DNA from: Naegleria gruberi | Lineage: Eukaryota | Assembly: GCA_000004985.1 (NCBI GenBank) | Contig: GG738867.1 | DNA: 64,000 nt | Reading direction: 5' to 3' (one strand) | Shown: positions 1 to 12,484 of the stretch, piece by piece | Layout of the letters: each line of letters begins with the position of its first letter | Position numbering within the stretch: the stretch's first letter is position 1 | Program-made: the position numbers and the translations under genes | The notes under the pieces: model-generated | Told to the model about the DNA's origin: nothing | What the model saw: the letters and a program-made list of their open reading frames with translations, nothing else | Database searches by the model: none

Positions 1-2093
1 GGCAGATCAATAAGCAACCAAAAGTTAATAGCGAATCTAACAACTTTAGGATTATCCTTAGGGAATAATCCAGTAAAGAATGGTTTTTGAGTTTCATTGT
101 ACAATAATCTGTTCTTGAGGGCTTCCATTCCAAATTTTTGTTGTAACTCTTGGAAAAGAATTTTGAGGAAAATTCTACTGTATGATGTGGTATCGGATTC
201 TGTTATTTTAACAGCAGAGAAAATGGACCACGAAATGGAATCTGAAACTAATAAATGGCTGAATAGCTTTGCAATATTTCTGAGTCTACTTGTTTCGTAT
301 CTGTGGAGAATTTGATATTGCAATTGGAAGCATTCTTCAAAATCACGTTTGAAGACATCTTGAAGTTGGCAGAATCTTTCAGCCAAAGAACCAAAGAAAT
401 CCAAATAGCTTCTCTCCTGACTACAACATTCAATAATCATAGAACAAACTTCCATATCATGTTCCTTAGCAAGACCTGACTTTAACAGTTTGTGGGCTGC
501 TTCTTCATATCCCAAAGAAGACATAATAGTAAGATAGATCTTTCTCTTGAGATCTGTTGACCCCTCATCAGTTTTAGTCTTTGGATCCAGAAGGGTATTC
601 TTTTGGCCTTCTGCGTTAATTTGAATTTCTTGAACTCCTCCAAATGCCTCATCACTATGAGCTTGAGGTTCTTCCTCTCCTCCCACTTCTTCTTCTTCTT
701 CCTCGCCTAGAATCTCTTTTTTAATTTCCTTGTATCTTTCCTCATTTTCTTCAAATTCTTCATCAAATTGGAAAATGTCCAAATTATCCTCTGTGTCAAT
801 ATCTTTTGAAATTTCGATAGCATCATGAGTGATTCTATCATCATCCTCAACAAGATCCAACTCCTCCGTTATTGATGGATAGTCCTTGAATTCAAGTTTT
901 CTGATATTAAACAATGATTCTATTTGGTATTGTACACGTCTATCAATTTTTCCTTCATGTAAAATATTTCTGAAAGCTTCAAAAACAGCAGAGAGAATTT
1001 TTGGTGCTACTTCCAAAAGAGTTTTACCACATTCCTTTACAAATGTCACACCTAGTTCTACAGAATCATTTGTTGAATTTTCCAATAGCAAGGAAAGTAA
1101 TTGTCCAGCCAAAATTTCACTTGCAACTTGTTGGTTTACCAAGTGAGCAATAAAGTGACAAGAAGCAATGCACTTTTGCTTGTCATTCCTGCTGAATGAT
1201 TTTACAAATTGGCTTACCAGACGCTTAATTAATAATTCGCCTATTTCTGGAATCCTGGTATTAACGACTGAGATCAGAGCAGAATAAACATTACTAAATT
1301 GGATTGATGCAAGCTGAGCCTTCATAATTGCTCTAACTAATAATCCTTTTCCTCTAATGATATTTTCAGAAAACAGTTCAGGTAACACATCAGCAATATT
1401 AGCAGAGTTGACCTTGTTTACAATACCATTGAGTGTTTTCTTAAGGGCTTCCCAGTTCAATTTTTGAAATTCCTCACTCGATTTGTCGGTATTTTGTTGC
1501 AACTTTCTCAATTTGAATGGAGGAATGTACACATTATCAGTTTTTGGTGTACTCTCCTCTCTTCTATCATTTCTTCTGTCATTGTCATATCTATTGTCAC
1601 GACGTGGTGGTCTATCATCATATCTTCTATCCCTTCTATCATAATTTCTATCGTCTCTTCTATAATCATCCCTCCTATCATCTCTTCTATCATAATTATC
1701 CCTAGAATATCTTCTATCATCTCTTCTATAATCGTCTCTCCTATCATAATTTCTATCATCCTTTCTGTAATCACTTCTATCATCACGTCTATCATATGAT
1801 TTTCTATCCGATCTCCTATCATCATTTAATCTACGTTCATTATGGGTTCTATCCTCATAATCCTTCCTCTTGAGATCATTCTCGGAAGCAGAAGCTTCAA
1901 CAGATTGTTTAATTTCAACCTTCTCCACAACATTATCATTACTATCCACTACATCCTCTTTTGTTTCTGATGATGATGGTGGTGGTGATGATGAAGGAGG
2001 TTGTGCTGTTGTATTTGTATCACCTGATTCTTGATCCAATTGTGAAGGTGATGGCGGAAGAGCATCATTATCACCTGCGGCACTGTTGCTCAT
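1..2093 (-). CDS. CWC22: Pre-mRNA splicing factor CWC22 (MIF4G + MA3 domains), 3' end truncated by the window edge
   Basis: The minus-strand reading frame is open from the ATG at 2093..2091 to the window edge. That explains its absence from the ORF track, because there is no in-window stop. The translation has an N-terminal Ser/Pro tract, a long RD/RDDY-rich low-complexity region, then MIF4G-like (…LLVRAIMKAQLASIQFSNVYSALISVVNTRIPEIGELLIKRLV…) and MA3-like (…KRKIYLTIMSSLGYEEAAHKLLK…) blocks typical of CWC22/nucampholin. Confidence 0.8.
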   Translation of the reverse strand, partial: MSNSAAGDNDALPPSPSQLDQESGDTNTTAQPPSSSPPPSSSETKEDVVDSNDNVVEKVEIKQSVEASASENDLKRKDYEDRTHNERRLNDDRRSDRKSYDRRDDRSDYRKDDRNYDRRDDYRRDDRRYSRDNYDRRDDRRDDYRRDDRNYDRRDRRYDDRPPRRDNRYDNDRRNDRREESTPKTDNVYIPPFKLRKLQQNTDKSSEEFQKLNWEALKKTLNGIVNKVNSANIADVLPELFSENIIRGKGLLVRAIMKAQLASIQFSNVYSALISVVNTRIPEIGELLIKRLVSQFVKSFSRNDKQKCIASCHFIAHLVNQQVASEILAGQLLSLLLENSTNDSVELGVTFVKECGKTLLEVAPKILSAVFEAFRNILHEGKIDRRVQYQIESLFNIRKLEFKDYPSITEELDLVEDDDRITHDAIEISKDIDTEDNLDIFQFDEEFEENEERYKEIKKEILGEEEEEEVGGEEEPQAHSDEAFGGVQEIQINAEGQKNTLLDPKTKTDEGSTDLKRKIYLTIMSSLGYEEAAHKLLKSGLAKEHDMEVCSMIIECCSQERSYLDFFGSLAERFCQLQDVFKRDFEECFQLQYQILHRYETSRLRNIAKLFSHLLVSDSISWSIFSAVKITESDTTSYSRIFLKILFQELQQKFGMEALKNRLLYNETQKPFFTGLFPKDNPKVVRFAINFWLLIDL
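1555..1830 (-). repeat. In-frame tandem degenerate 24-27 nt repeats encoding an (R/D)-rich DRRDDYRRDDR tract inside CWC22
   Basis: Direct reading shows repeated gat-aga-aga-gat-gat-tat units. The + strand ORFs 1464..1799 and 1517..1705 and the minus ORF 1508..1825 are alternative-frame artefacts of this repeat. Confidence 0.7.
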
Positions 2094-2549
2094 TTTTTAT
2101 TCTTAATTGTTTTTCTTATTGAATAATTGAACAAGAAGCAAAAAACAATTTTTCATTCACCATCAGAATTAATAATCATCATCACTACAATACCATTCAT
2201 GAACAATACTATTCTTCATTATCATCGGATATTAAACGGTAATTTCTGAAGATTCATTTATCAATGACCATTGAAATCACTGTCGACAATATTAAGTGAA
2301 AAAAGAATAACGGTGAAAAAAAACATTCAACTCAGTGTTCTCTTGTGTTGAGTTCTCAGAAAACTTTTAACAGCCTTTTTCTTCTTCATCTTTGTTCATC
2401 TTTGGTGGAAATTTTGACGTTTTTATAGTTGTGTGTGCGGAATTTGTGGTTTAATATTTGTTGTTGGACCTCTTTACTCGGATAGATTTAAAAGATAATA
2501 AGAGATTATTATTATTATAATATTGAATTGAATTGATATAGATTGGAAA

Positions 2550-3293
2550 ATGGAGTTTATGGGTGAATTTCATGAAAAGGAATTATACAAATATTGGGAA
2601 AGGAGAATTAAAGCACTTGGAAAACCTGAAATTGTTCTGGAAGATAAGATTAGATTTTACAATAAGGTTATTTCATATATTCATGCTTGGTTTTCAACAT
2701 CAGCAGCAATTTATGCATTAATTAATGAACCAACAACTTGGTATGATGCTGGACATGGTTGGTCAATTTCATATGAAGTTGTTCTTGCTATTAGTGTTGG
2801 ATATTTCATTAATGATTTGATTTTTGGTTTCAGATTTCCAAAAGCATTTCCAGATAATACCAGTATGGTAATTCACCATTTAGTTTGCATTATGGGTATT
2901 TTATATTGTCTCAATTTTAGAATTGGAGTTTTATATTGTGTTACTTTATTAATTACTGAAATTACTACACCATTCTTACAACACCGTTGGTTTTTCACAT
3001 TTTTACATTATGAAGGAACTGTTTGGTTCAAATTGAATGGAGTTTTGTTTTGGTTAATGTTTTTGATTTGTCGTGTTATTTGGTGTTTCATTCAAAATGT
3101 TCACATTTTCTATTTTGCTGATCAATATAACTTTTCACCATACCATCAAAGAGTTCCAATTGTCATTCCATCACTTTTATTCTTATTGAATGTTTTCTGG
3201 TTTATGATTATTACAAAGATTGTCATTAAAATGGCAATTAAATTCTTTACAAAAAAGAGTGAAAAGACCATTAATGAAGAAAAGACCAATTAA
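2550..3293 (+). CDS. TLC (TRAM/LAG1/CLN8) domain multipass membrane protein, TLCD4/TMEM56-like
   Basis: A single 247 aa ORF with about 6 hydrophobic helices and TLC-like conserved Trp/His/Asp positions. The ATG at 2550 follows an AT-rich leader. Confidence 0.6.
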   Translation: MEFMGEFHEKELYKYWERRIKALGKPEIVLEDKIRFYNKVISYIHAWFSTSAAIYALINEPTTWYDAGHGWSISYEVVLAISVGYFINDLIFGFRFPKAFPDNTSMVIHHLVCIMGILYCLNFRIGVLYCVTLLITEITTPFLQHRWFFTFLHYEGTVWFKLNGVLFWLMFLICRVIWCFIQNVHIFYFADQYNFSPYHQRVPIVIPSLLFLLNVFWFMIITKIVIKMAIKFFTKKSEKTINEEKTN

Positions 3294-3422
3294 AAGTAAC
3301 TTAATTATTTTCAATAAAAATTAATTTCATTCAAATGAATTCCTATTTCAAAACCTCTGTATTACAATCATTAATAAATACATTGTAATACTTTTTGGTT
3401 ATAATAATTTCTAGAAAAAAAA

Positions 3423-4574
3423 ATGAGTGCATTGCTTGATTTTGTTCGGACATTGGTTTCTGGTGACAAGGTTCGATATCAGGATCAGGTCGGAACAACA
3501 TTTTATGACTTGGATTTAACGTATATTACCAATCGTATTATTGCGATGGGAATACCAGGAGAAGGATTTAGTGCATATTATAGAAATCATGTGGAGACTG
3601 TTGCTCAATTTTTCAAGGAAAAACATGGAGGACACTTTTTGATTATCAACCTATCGGAAATACCCTATGATTATAAATTATTTGAGGAAGGAGAGGGTGC
3701 TGGAAAAGTTATTGAGAAGGGATTTCCAGATCATCACAATCCTCCGGTTGAATTTCTTATTGAAATTTGTGAAGCGATGGATAAATTTCTGAAGGAAAAT
3801 CCTAATAATGTAGTATCTATTCACTGTCTTGCTGGAAGAGGTAGAACAGTAGGTTTTATTGGAATTGTAATTTAATAATTGTATTTCAACACTATTTAGG
3901 GAACTGTTATTGCATGTTATATGACATATAGTGGAATGTTTGAATCAGGGACAGAAGCACTTGATTATTTTGCATCTCAAAGATCAAGTAGAGAACGTGG
4001 TGTTGCTCAACCAAGTCAACGTCGATATGTACAATATGTGAGTGAATTGGTCTCAATGTTTGGTCAAGACACTCTCAATCTTAAAACACTTGTTAGTTCT
4101 TATTTTAAAAGTAGAGGAAAACAACGTTTGAAATCCATGACCATGTATTCTATTCCAAATTTCTCAAAAGGAACCTGTTGTCCAGTTATTGAAATTTACA
4201 CAGCACCAACTCAATTCAATCCAAAAGAATTATTATTTTCCAGTTTAGATAAAAATCCATTGAGAACTTACAAACAAGAAGATAGTGTAATTGATGTAGA
4301 TATTGATACAATTCTGGGAGGAGATGTTTATATTAGAGGATATCATCATAGAGAAGGAAAGAAACCAAAATACATGTTTCGTATTTCATTTCATGTAGGT
4401 ATGATGCCTAATAATGGAATTTTGAGATTAACCAAGATGGAAATTGACGATGCTTTGAAATCCACAAAATTCGACAATGATTTCTTTATGGATTTAACAT
4501 GGGAACGAGTAATTACAGCTGATGATGACTCTTCAGAATTGAATAATGAAAACTTCAATATTATTGAAGAGTAG
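3423..4574 (+). CDS. PTEN: PTEN-type lipid/protein phosphatase with C2 domain; 2 exons (3423..3848, 3900..4574), 51 nt intron with GTAGGT donor
   Basis: Exon 1 ends …IHCLAGRGRT. After removing 3849..3899 (gtaggt…tttag), exon 2 continues G-TVIACYMTYS…, which restores the PTEN P-loop HCxAGxGRTG. The protein also carries RYQDQVGTTFYDLDLTYITNRIIAMGIPGEG, the PTEN TI-loop-like QPSQRRYVQYV, and a C-terminal C2-like region. Confidence 0.85.
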
Positions 4575-4770
4575 GCATAAAAAATTGTAAAGTGTTAATA
4601 TTACGTAATTAATTGACCTAAATTCCATTTTGATTTGGAAGTTGCTGTTGCAAAAAGCTATTTTAAACCAAATGTTCGTCCCAACTTCTTGAAGATGAAT
4701 TAATTCTATTGAAGTTTACGAAAATCAGGTTGTGGTTTCGTTTCCAATAAAAACAACACACATCAAAAAA

Positions 4771-6548
4771 ATGTCATTTATTAATAATACCGAAACGTCT
4801 GACCATTATTCATCATCAGAGTCATCATCCTCATGTAGTAGTTGTATAATTTCTGCTACAACACCACCATCATGGGATAAATATCCAAGGAAAGTTTTCA
4901 CATCCAAGAAGAAGAAGGATTCAACAACTCTTTCAAAAATTGAAATTTTATTAGAAAAAGGTGAAGGTTTATCTATTAGAAAGTCATCAAAGGCTACCAG
5001 TTCTCCATTTGTTGTACTTTCCATGTGTCACGATGCATTCGTCTCACAAAAACGATTAGAATCGTCAAATGTAAAGAATTCACTCGATCCAATGTGGAAT
5101 GAAGTTTTTGAATTTGAAGTTTCTCCAAGTGTAAAGGAAAAGGGAAAGGTTGAAGAAATTTTATCTATTCAAGTGTGGCACAAGGGTGTTTTTAATAATG
5201 GAGTGGACACTTTCATGTAAGTTTTTTTGTTATTCGAAATATTTCGGATAATTCTAAAATGATGTTGTGAAATAATGATATTAATTTGTAGGGGTGCTGC
5301 CAATGTTCCACTTGTTCATTTGGTAGAGAATCATCTTCATACAATGGTTCTCGATTTAATTGGTGTTGAAAGAGGTAAAATTCATCTTCATATCATTCCA
5401 AGAGGATTTGGATTTAAAACAATTGATGAAAAGAATACCTATGTTTTGAATGGTACTAAACAAAGTGCAGTTTTCCAATTGACTAATTCAGATGTTTTGA
5501 GAATTAAAGAAGCTAGTGCTGGAATGATTAGTGCTGAAGTTTCTGTTGATACAAAGAAGAGATTAAGAAAGATGCAACAATATAAAATTGTTGAAAAATT
5601 ACAAAAGGGTGGTTTTGGCACAGTTTTTAAAGGTATGTTCTTGATTCTTATCAATTATTCAATAATTTGTTGACATTTAAATTTCTCATTATTTCAGTAA
5701 TTGATTTGGAGGACAAGACATCAACTCCTGAAAAACCAAATTACAAAGCCATGAAAAAGGTTAAATGTGATACAGATTATGAAGCCAATCAAGCCATTCA
5801 AGAAGTTTGGTATATCAGAAATTTAAAGAATCAAAACTTGGCCTCCTACGATGACATGTTCTTGGAATTTACAGAAGATGAAAATACTAAAGAGATTGCA
5901 TTCAATGTCTGCTTTGTCATGCCATACTATAAGGATGGAGATTTGGATAATTTGATTTTAAAGAGAAGACAACAACGTAAATTCTTCTCTGTTCATCGAT
6001 CCATTAGTTACATGCTTCAAATGGCTAAGGGTATTGAGTTTTTACATTCCAAGAGAATTATTCACAGAGATTTGAAACACAAGAATGTCTTTTTAACAGA
6101 TAATTACAATACTTGTAAAATTGGTGATTTTGGTTTTTCTAGATCAATTAATGAAAAATCACTTGCTTACACAACACTTGGTACTACGAATTATATGGCT
6201 CCTGAAATTGGTGTCAAGACTAGTGGACAACAAATTAATGGTTATACATTCTCTGCTGATATTTGGAGTTTTGGAGTAATGTGCTATGAATTATTGACAC
6301 TCAATTGTGGTGTTAAAGGTTTTTCACATTATACCAAAGCTTTGGCTAATTTTGAAAAGTATGTGGAAAAGATTAGTGAAGATATGCGTAAGATTTATGC
6401 TAAACAAGATGATGTTGTGCAGTTTGTTTTGGCAATGTTAAAGGTAAACCCAACTGAAAGATTATCAGCTGAGGAATGTGTTGAACAATTAGAAGTTCTT
6501 TTACAAAAGTACGAAGAAACAGCAACACCATCTGTATCTCAACAATAA
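4771..6548 (+). CDS. C2-domain-containing Ser/Thr protein kinase; 3 exons (4771..5216, 5292..5632, 5698..6548)
   Basis: The introns are 5217..5291 (gtaagt…tttgtag) and 5633..5697 (gtatgt…atttcag); both keep the frame. Exon 1/2 encode a C2-like domain (…DPMWNEVFEFEV…). Exon 2/3 carry the kinase Gly-loop GGFGTVFKV and AMKKV, then HRDLKHKNVFL, DFG and APE motifs. The ORF-track start at 4732 is a GTG, so the first ATG at 4771 in aaaaaaATG context is used. Confidence 0.8.
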
Positions 6549-6631
6549 AGCATGTCTAACTTTTAGGAAGATGATTTTGGATAGTTTCGTATCCATTCTA
6601 TTGGACTATTTGAGGATATTTGGTATTTGTT

Positions 6632-9347
6632 TTATTGATTCAGATACCCTTTTTGATGTCTAAGATCAAAGGCTCTCTTCAAGAATGGACGAGAATGATT
6701 ACCCAAAGGTAAGAAGGCAGGATTTGATCTTGCAAAGAAGGAGATTTTTTCCTTCACTCTTTCATGTTCATCAAAGAATTGAATGAGAGAATTGTCATCA
6801 ACATCTTTGGATGAAGTTAACTTGACAAAGCGTTGTTGAAGAATGTAAACTTCGTCCAACACATTGGTTATTGATTTACATTTAGCTGAAACTCCAAAAT
6901 ACTCGTGTTGTGACATGTATGAAAGGAACTCGTAAACGAAAAGTCTGATAGGATCAAGAGATCTAAAGGCAATTTTAGCTAATCCTTCCAAACAGCATGT
7001 TCTTACTTGTGGCGTATTGTACATGGTATTTTGAATAAGTTTCAAAATTATTGATTTCATAGCAGCATTATGAATATCAAATACATCTGGTTGTTGATAA
7101 ATAAGTTTTGGTTCAGAGAGGTTTACAGTTCCAGAATCTTCTGTACTTTCTTTTTCATTGACAGATGGTTCGTCACAAATCTTGTTGGCATATTCACCAA
7201 GGAATGTCAAGATGGCAAATGCAAGCTCTGAAGATTCCTTTGATCCTGTTAAACATTCATCTAAAATACTGAATACCATATTTAAAAATCTAGTAGTCAA
7301 CTCGATTTGTCGCTCATCCTTGGTCTTGGTTGGAATTAATTGTTTGAAAAGAGCAATTAATAAATCAACATCTACTCTTTCAGATAAATATATACAAATG
7401 TAGGAACAAAGGTTGGCAAATTCATCAAAAACAGCTGGTCTGTTCTTTGAGAATTCTAACAAGGTCATCAACAATTCATGAATATGGAAAGGCATCCAAT
7501 TTACATTACTCTTAATTTCCATTTTCAATCTTCTAACAACTTGTGAAACCTTGTCCAACCTCCAAATACATGCCTTGAATGCTTGGAACTTCACGAATGA
7601 ACAATCATGAATTAAAACAGCATCAATCTTTTTGTATAATTTTTGGAAAATAGCATTGGCTTGCTTCATCTCAGGAGTATTTTGTGAGAATGAAGAATAT
7701 GGATCAGCATCCATAATTGCTCTAAACCTTTCAAAGCATCTCATGAGATAATAGGTGGCTCTACATGCAGCATGAATTTGAATTTGAGGTTTTGCCTTGT
7801 TCAAACTAGTACAGATTCTTGTTACAACAAAGTCTAATGTGAGAGATTTTTCTTGGTGGATGTCCTTTTCTAAAAAGAATTTGAAATTCCTCATAGCAAC
7901 CTGTTTGACTGTCTCAAAGAATATCATCAGATCTTCATCATGCAGCAAGTGTTTCAAAGTATCTACGTATTTCTGTTCATAGGCAGCTTCTTCAGTTTCT
8001 GATTCTTCAGAACTAAATACCATAGGTTTGATAACGCTGGCACAAGTTCTAGCAAGGTAAAATCTTGAGAAGGAATCTTCAGCATTCATGGTTGGTAATA
8101 CTTCTGTTTTCTTGTCTTGTTTGAGTTCTTTCAATTTGGAATAAATAATATTCTTGGCAGCTGAAGCCTTCTTCTTGTCATTGTTGGCTTCAAAATGTGG
8201 AATAGATGAACTGAAGGCAAATAAAGTGGAAACTGGATTAATTGGAATTAAACCAGAAATTACTGTCAGAGCATCTCTTGCACAATCAGCTGATTTGTTT
8301 CTAGAGGACATGATGATATTCTCCAAAATACCCTTTGTTAACACAGGATCATTAATATTGTTTTTCACAATTTGAAGACATGTTCTCAGTAAGTAAATCT
8401 TTTCTTCCTTGTCAGTATCTTTGAAGAGCTTTGAAATAAAACCCTTCTTACTTGAAAAACTATTTTCCTTTCCCAAATCCTTGATAACCTTTTGAACCAT
8501 TTCAAAGAGATCTTTCACATGACCAGCAGCATCTTTTCTACTTGGATATGAACTTCTACAAATTCTATCAATTGAACGAATGCAGTAAGCTCTTGTACAA
8601 CTATTTTCAGTAGATTTAAATTCTGATTTCAAAGCAGCAAGTACTTTTTCTCTAACCTCTCTTGGTAAATTAATTTCCGAGAGCATGTAATGTACTAGAG
8701 CAATTATTCTTTTATCTTCCGATCCAATCACTAATTTCATTTACACACAGTCATCATCATCATTTTGGTGATGAAAATTATAAAAACTTACAACTAATAA
8801 GTCTGTTCAATAAAGTGGACATTGTTGATGAAATACGATCACCATCAATAGCCAATGAAACGGAGACGTGATATGGAAGTTTTTCATCAACCATATTCTC
8901 TGTAGCAAAATACAGTGACACTTCATCAAGAACTTTAGAAATCTTTGAAGCATTCAACTTTTTAATATCTTGTGATTCTGACATGTAGAGATCCAATTCC
9001 TTGAGAAAATCCAAGACTTTTCTTTGTAAGAGTTTAGTATGGATCAGGGGAGAAATAATTTTAGTATTATCATTTTCTAAAAGATGTTGTTGGTTACCAC
9101 TCGTCAATTCTACAAACTTTTTCAATTGAACAAAATTTGTATTTTCAGGAATACTAGTTGGTGTTGAAACACTAAATGATTCACCTCTTACTGATGCTAA
9201 ATGTGGTTGTTGTAATTGTGGTGTTCCCATATCCGATGATGCTGTTGGTTGGTGGAAGGCTTGTGGTTGATGATGATGAGTTGAGACTGGTGTGAGCATA
9301 TCATCATCAAAATCCAACAAATTCTCCTCCGTCTTATTGTTGGGCAT
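6632..9347 (-). CDS. Large (~885 aa) alpha-helical protein of unknown function; 2 exons (9347..8792, 8730..6632)
   Basis: ORFs 8778..9347 and 6632..8740 are joined by a 61 nt intron at 8731..8791 (gtaagt…aaattag). The splice gives …NRLIS|LIGSEDKRIIALVHY… in frame. No domain was recognised. Confidence 0.6.
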
Positions 9348-9426
9348 GTTTTTTTTGATTTTAAATTTTAAATAAATTTTTAAAAATGAATTGACAATTA
9401 AAAATCACCAATCACTCCAACCTTTA

Positions 9427-10238
9427 TCAAATAATTACTTCTTCATCTTCATCTAACATCATGGAATTTTCAAGCAGTACTACTGAGTGTTGAATGCTGA
9501 TACCAATACGATCCTTTTTCATTGGTGTGAGTTTGTATCGCCCAAAGTAGGGTTGTTTCTTTCTTGTGGTGCTTCTTTCAGGACTTTTAGAATTGTTTGA
9601 ATGTAATTGTTGAGGGGCTTGTGGAATTTCTCTCGGAGGCGTTCTATTCATCATATTATATTACAAATTTGTTGATCACTAACAGTGCTGGTTGTTGGAT
9701 TGGTCTTTTTCAGATATTTGGTAATTTTCAATTGGAATGGTTTTTCAGTCTTCACAGGCTTAATAGCTAACGATGATTCACATGAAGGAGTGGGTGCAAT
9801 TTTAGTCTCTAACTGTTGTGATGATAAAACCTCTTTCATCATGAGCCTTTGTTCCGAAAGCTGACCTTCTAAACAAGCAATATTCTCTTTCAGTTTCATA
9901 TTTTCCCTCTCTACTTTTAATTTCTCAATGGATATTTCCCTTAAAGTTCTTTCCAGACTAGCATTCCGAATGGCAATACTTGAATTATGCTCAGAATAAT
10001 TGGAAAACTTCTTCTTATCTACTTTCGGATTGATAATGAGGTCTTGGTTCAAAAGTTAAAAAGACTTACAATTTTCTTGATCCAACTGAAGAAGAGTAAT
10101 TTCCTTATTCTTCTTTTCAATTATTTCTTCATATTTCCTCACCTTTTCATTCAATTTAACAAGTTGCTTTGAGTCGTTCGTTGGTTCATTTAGAGTTTCG
10201 TTTTTTGATAATTTGCTGGCAATGCTTGTTTGACTCAT
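9427..10238 (-). CDS. Coiled-coil protein of unknown function, split over 3 ORFs (10238..10056, 10052..9651, 9654..9427)
   Basis: A GTAAGT donor follows …DQEN at about 10064, with an in-frame acceptor about 48 nt downstream. The second junction at about 9651 would need a 35-47 nt intron with GTAATA donor or a frameshift. The exon structure is not resolved. Confidence 0.4.
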
Positions 10239-10759
10239 TTTTTTATGATGAATTTAATATTAAGGAAGCATTGAAGAATGGGGAAGGAGAATGCGTTCCT
10301 TTTCAGAGCACCTTCTTATTGGAAGAATAGTTTCGAAACAGAAGCATTGTCAATTGGAATTTCTAATTATTCTAGTTGACTTGTTCATAACCTTCCATGT
10401 TTATTAATATTCCTCATTAGGTATTACAAAATGACAAAGCAAAGTTTGCATGACTTTCCAAATTTGTAGATAGAGCCAAAGCTTCTTTTAAGTTGTACAA
10501 TTGAAGTTACAGTTGTACTATAAAATTAACAAGAACAAATAAAAAGGCACAACTAGATCAACACACCCATGAAGAATAAACAATCTAACACTCTGAGGTT
10601 TGAATCTCTGAAAACCGAAATGGAAAGAAGCCAAAAAAAGAGGTTAAAGATTGCAACAATACTGAATAGCATTGAATATTCTTCATATGATACACTCGAT
10701 TTAATACTCAAAAAATATGATCCAAAGAGAAAGTAAATTGTAAATAAACACGTATATAA

Positions 10760-12262
10760 TCAATTTTTAATATTCGTAATGTTATTTTTCATGAAAAATA
10801 TTGGAAGGAGTTTGGATTTTTTAGTAAAGTAAGAATTGAATATTTGGGAAGTGTACTTGATGGCATTTCCAATAAATGAAATGTTTCCAAATAGTTCCAA
10901 TAAAGAGATATGACTTTCCAAAAAATAACCCTGACTATAACAATAGTAAGCCTTAGCAAAATATCCAATCAATGTGGCAGAAGTTATATCACCAAGCACA
11001 AGTAAAATTGATTCAGTCCAAGATAGATTGTGCCTTGCAAAAAATTCTCTAGTAAAACGAAAGTTCAAAAAGCATTTAAAATGATCAAGTAGTAGTGCAA
11101 TAATAAACATTATAGAGAGTGGTGCAATTGTAATGAGGGGGCTCCTTGGAATTATTTTACATTCCTTCTGACGTTTGTTAACATTAATGTCAACTTCCAC
11201 ACCTAAAACACTCTCTCTACACTTGAATAGATGCTTACTTGAGTCACAGAATGTAGATATTGTTGAAGGTTCGTGTACTTGGATAAATATATCTGAAATG
11301 CAAACAATATCTCTTGTGTTTGCTCGTATAATCTTGTTAGGTTTGCACGAGCTTGGAAGAATGTATAGCTGTGAAGCAATTTCGGACATTGTGGGATCAT
11401 TGTCAAAGAAAAAATCAGTTGGTTTGCTTAAGTATTTGATAATGGCCTTACCACCTAATCCCTGAATGTTTGTAAGGGAAGATTCAAGGCATATCTCAGG
11501 TTTTTTAACCCATAAATTGGTGTAAACTATCTTGTCATCTTTCAATTTCAAAACTCCTCTCACCTTAAATGGGAGATCATAGTTTAAATGTGCCAACTTT
11601 AAAATACCAGGTATTTGACTTTCATAATGTCCATTTCTATAATTTTCATTATTACAAAAGTACCACTCAAAATTCAATTGTCCACCGACACTACTCAATG
11701 CATTTCTTATTCTTTCTTCTTCCGCTATTTCTCTAGTTTTCGAACAAAGACAGCAATATGAATTTCTCTCAATAAACTTGTACAAGAAATTCAATTCCTT
11801 CCAATCCAAATCCATCTCCTTATATATTTGAATCAAATTACTATGCATTATCTCATGTATTTTAGGATCTGTACTCCAAAAATTCCGTGGCATTTCTGGC
11901 CATAATCTTCTCAATGGATCAATCAATACCTTCAACATTAAATCATGATCAAACTCATCGGGATTCAAAAACTTCAACGTTGCAATCCAGTTATTAATAT
12001 TTCTCCTCGAGATATATGTTACAGCGCTCTTCAAAGTTGTAAACAATTTAAACATGTAATGTTCATCAAATAAATCTTGTTTTAGCCTTTTTTTCATAAA
12101 GGCTGTATAATCATTTGATGATCCACTATCATCATCAATATTTGACAATAACAATCGAGTCAATAGATGTAAAAATCGATCGGAAATTAAAAAGTTACTC
12201 GGCAGGAAATTGATAATTTCCATAATGACCTCGAATGGGAGTGATTGCAATGTTGTTGACAT
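10760..12262 (-). CDS. F-box-like protein with C-terminal hydrophobic/transmembrane region
   Basis: The N-terminus MSTTLQSLPFEVIMEIINFLPSNFLISDRF fits the F-box consensus (LPxEIxxxIxxxL). The ORF-track start at 12304 is a TTG, so the first ATG at 12262 in aaaaaaaATG context is used. The C-terminus has 2-3 hydrophobic helices. Confidence 0.5.
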   Translation of the reverse strand: MSTTLQSLPFEVIMEIINFLPSNFLISDRFLHLLTRLLLSNIDDDSGSSNDYTAFMKKRLKQDLFDEHYMFKLFTTLKSAVTYISRRNINNWIATLKFLNPDEFDHDLMLKVLIDPLRRLWPEMPRNFWSTDPKIHEIMHSNLIQIYKEMDLDWKELNFLYKFIERNSYCCLCSKTREIAEEERIRNALSSVGGQLNFEWYFCNNENYRNGHYESQIPGILKLAHLNYDLPFKVRGVLKLKDDKIVYTNLWVKKPEICLESSLTNIQGLGGKAIIKYLSKPTDFFFDNDPTMSEIASQLYILPSSCKPNKIIRANTRDIVCISDIFIQVHEPSTISTFCDSSKHLFKCRESVLGVEVDINVNKRQKECKIIPRSPLITIAPLSIMFIIALLLDHFKCFLNFRFTREFFARHNLSWTESILLVLGDITSATLIGYFAKAYYCYSQGYFLESHISLLELFGNISFIGNAIKYTSQIFNSYFTKKSKLLPIFFMKNNITNIKN

Positions 12263-12484
12263 TTTTTTTCTAAAGAACTTTACAATACACGAAAGAGTAA
12301 TCAATTGACACTTAGAACTTTAATAAATACATTATTGCATATGATGTGAGAACTTGGCTAATGTCATTTGGATTAAATACTTGGTTGACCAAATATTTAA
12401 CATTGGCGGCCCGAAAATGTCGCTCTATTTCCATTCTAAACGTTGAATTGGATAGCTCCCGCCATATAGAATATAACATTTCAC

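Noticed and set aside
1464-1825. ORFs 1464..1799 (+), 1517..1705 (+) and 1508..1825 (-) with bizarre I/S/M-rich or Y/H/F-rich translations
   Set aside because: They are alternative-frame and antisense readings of the in-frame RDDY tandem repeat inside CWC22. The CWC22 frame is the conserved one.
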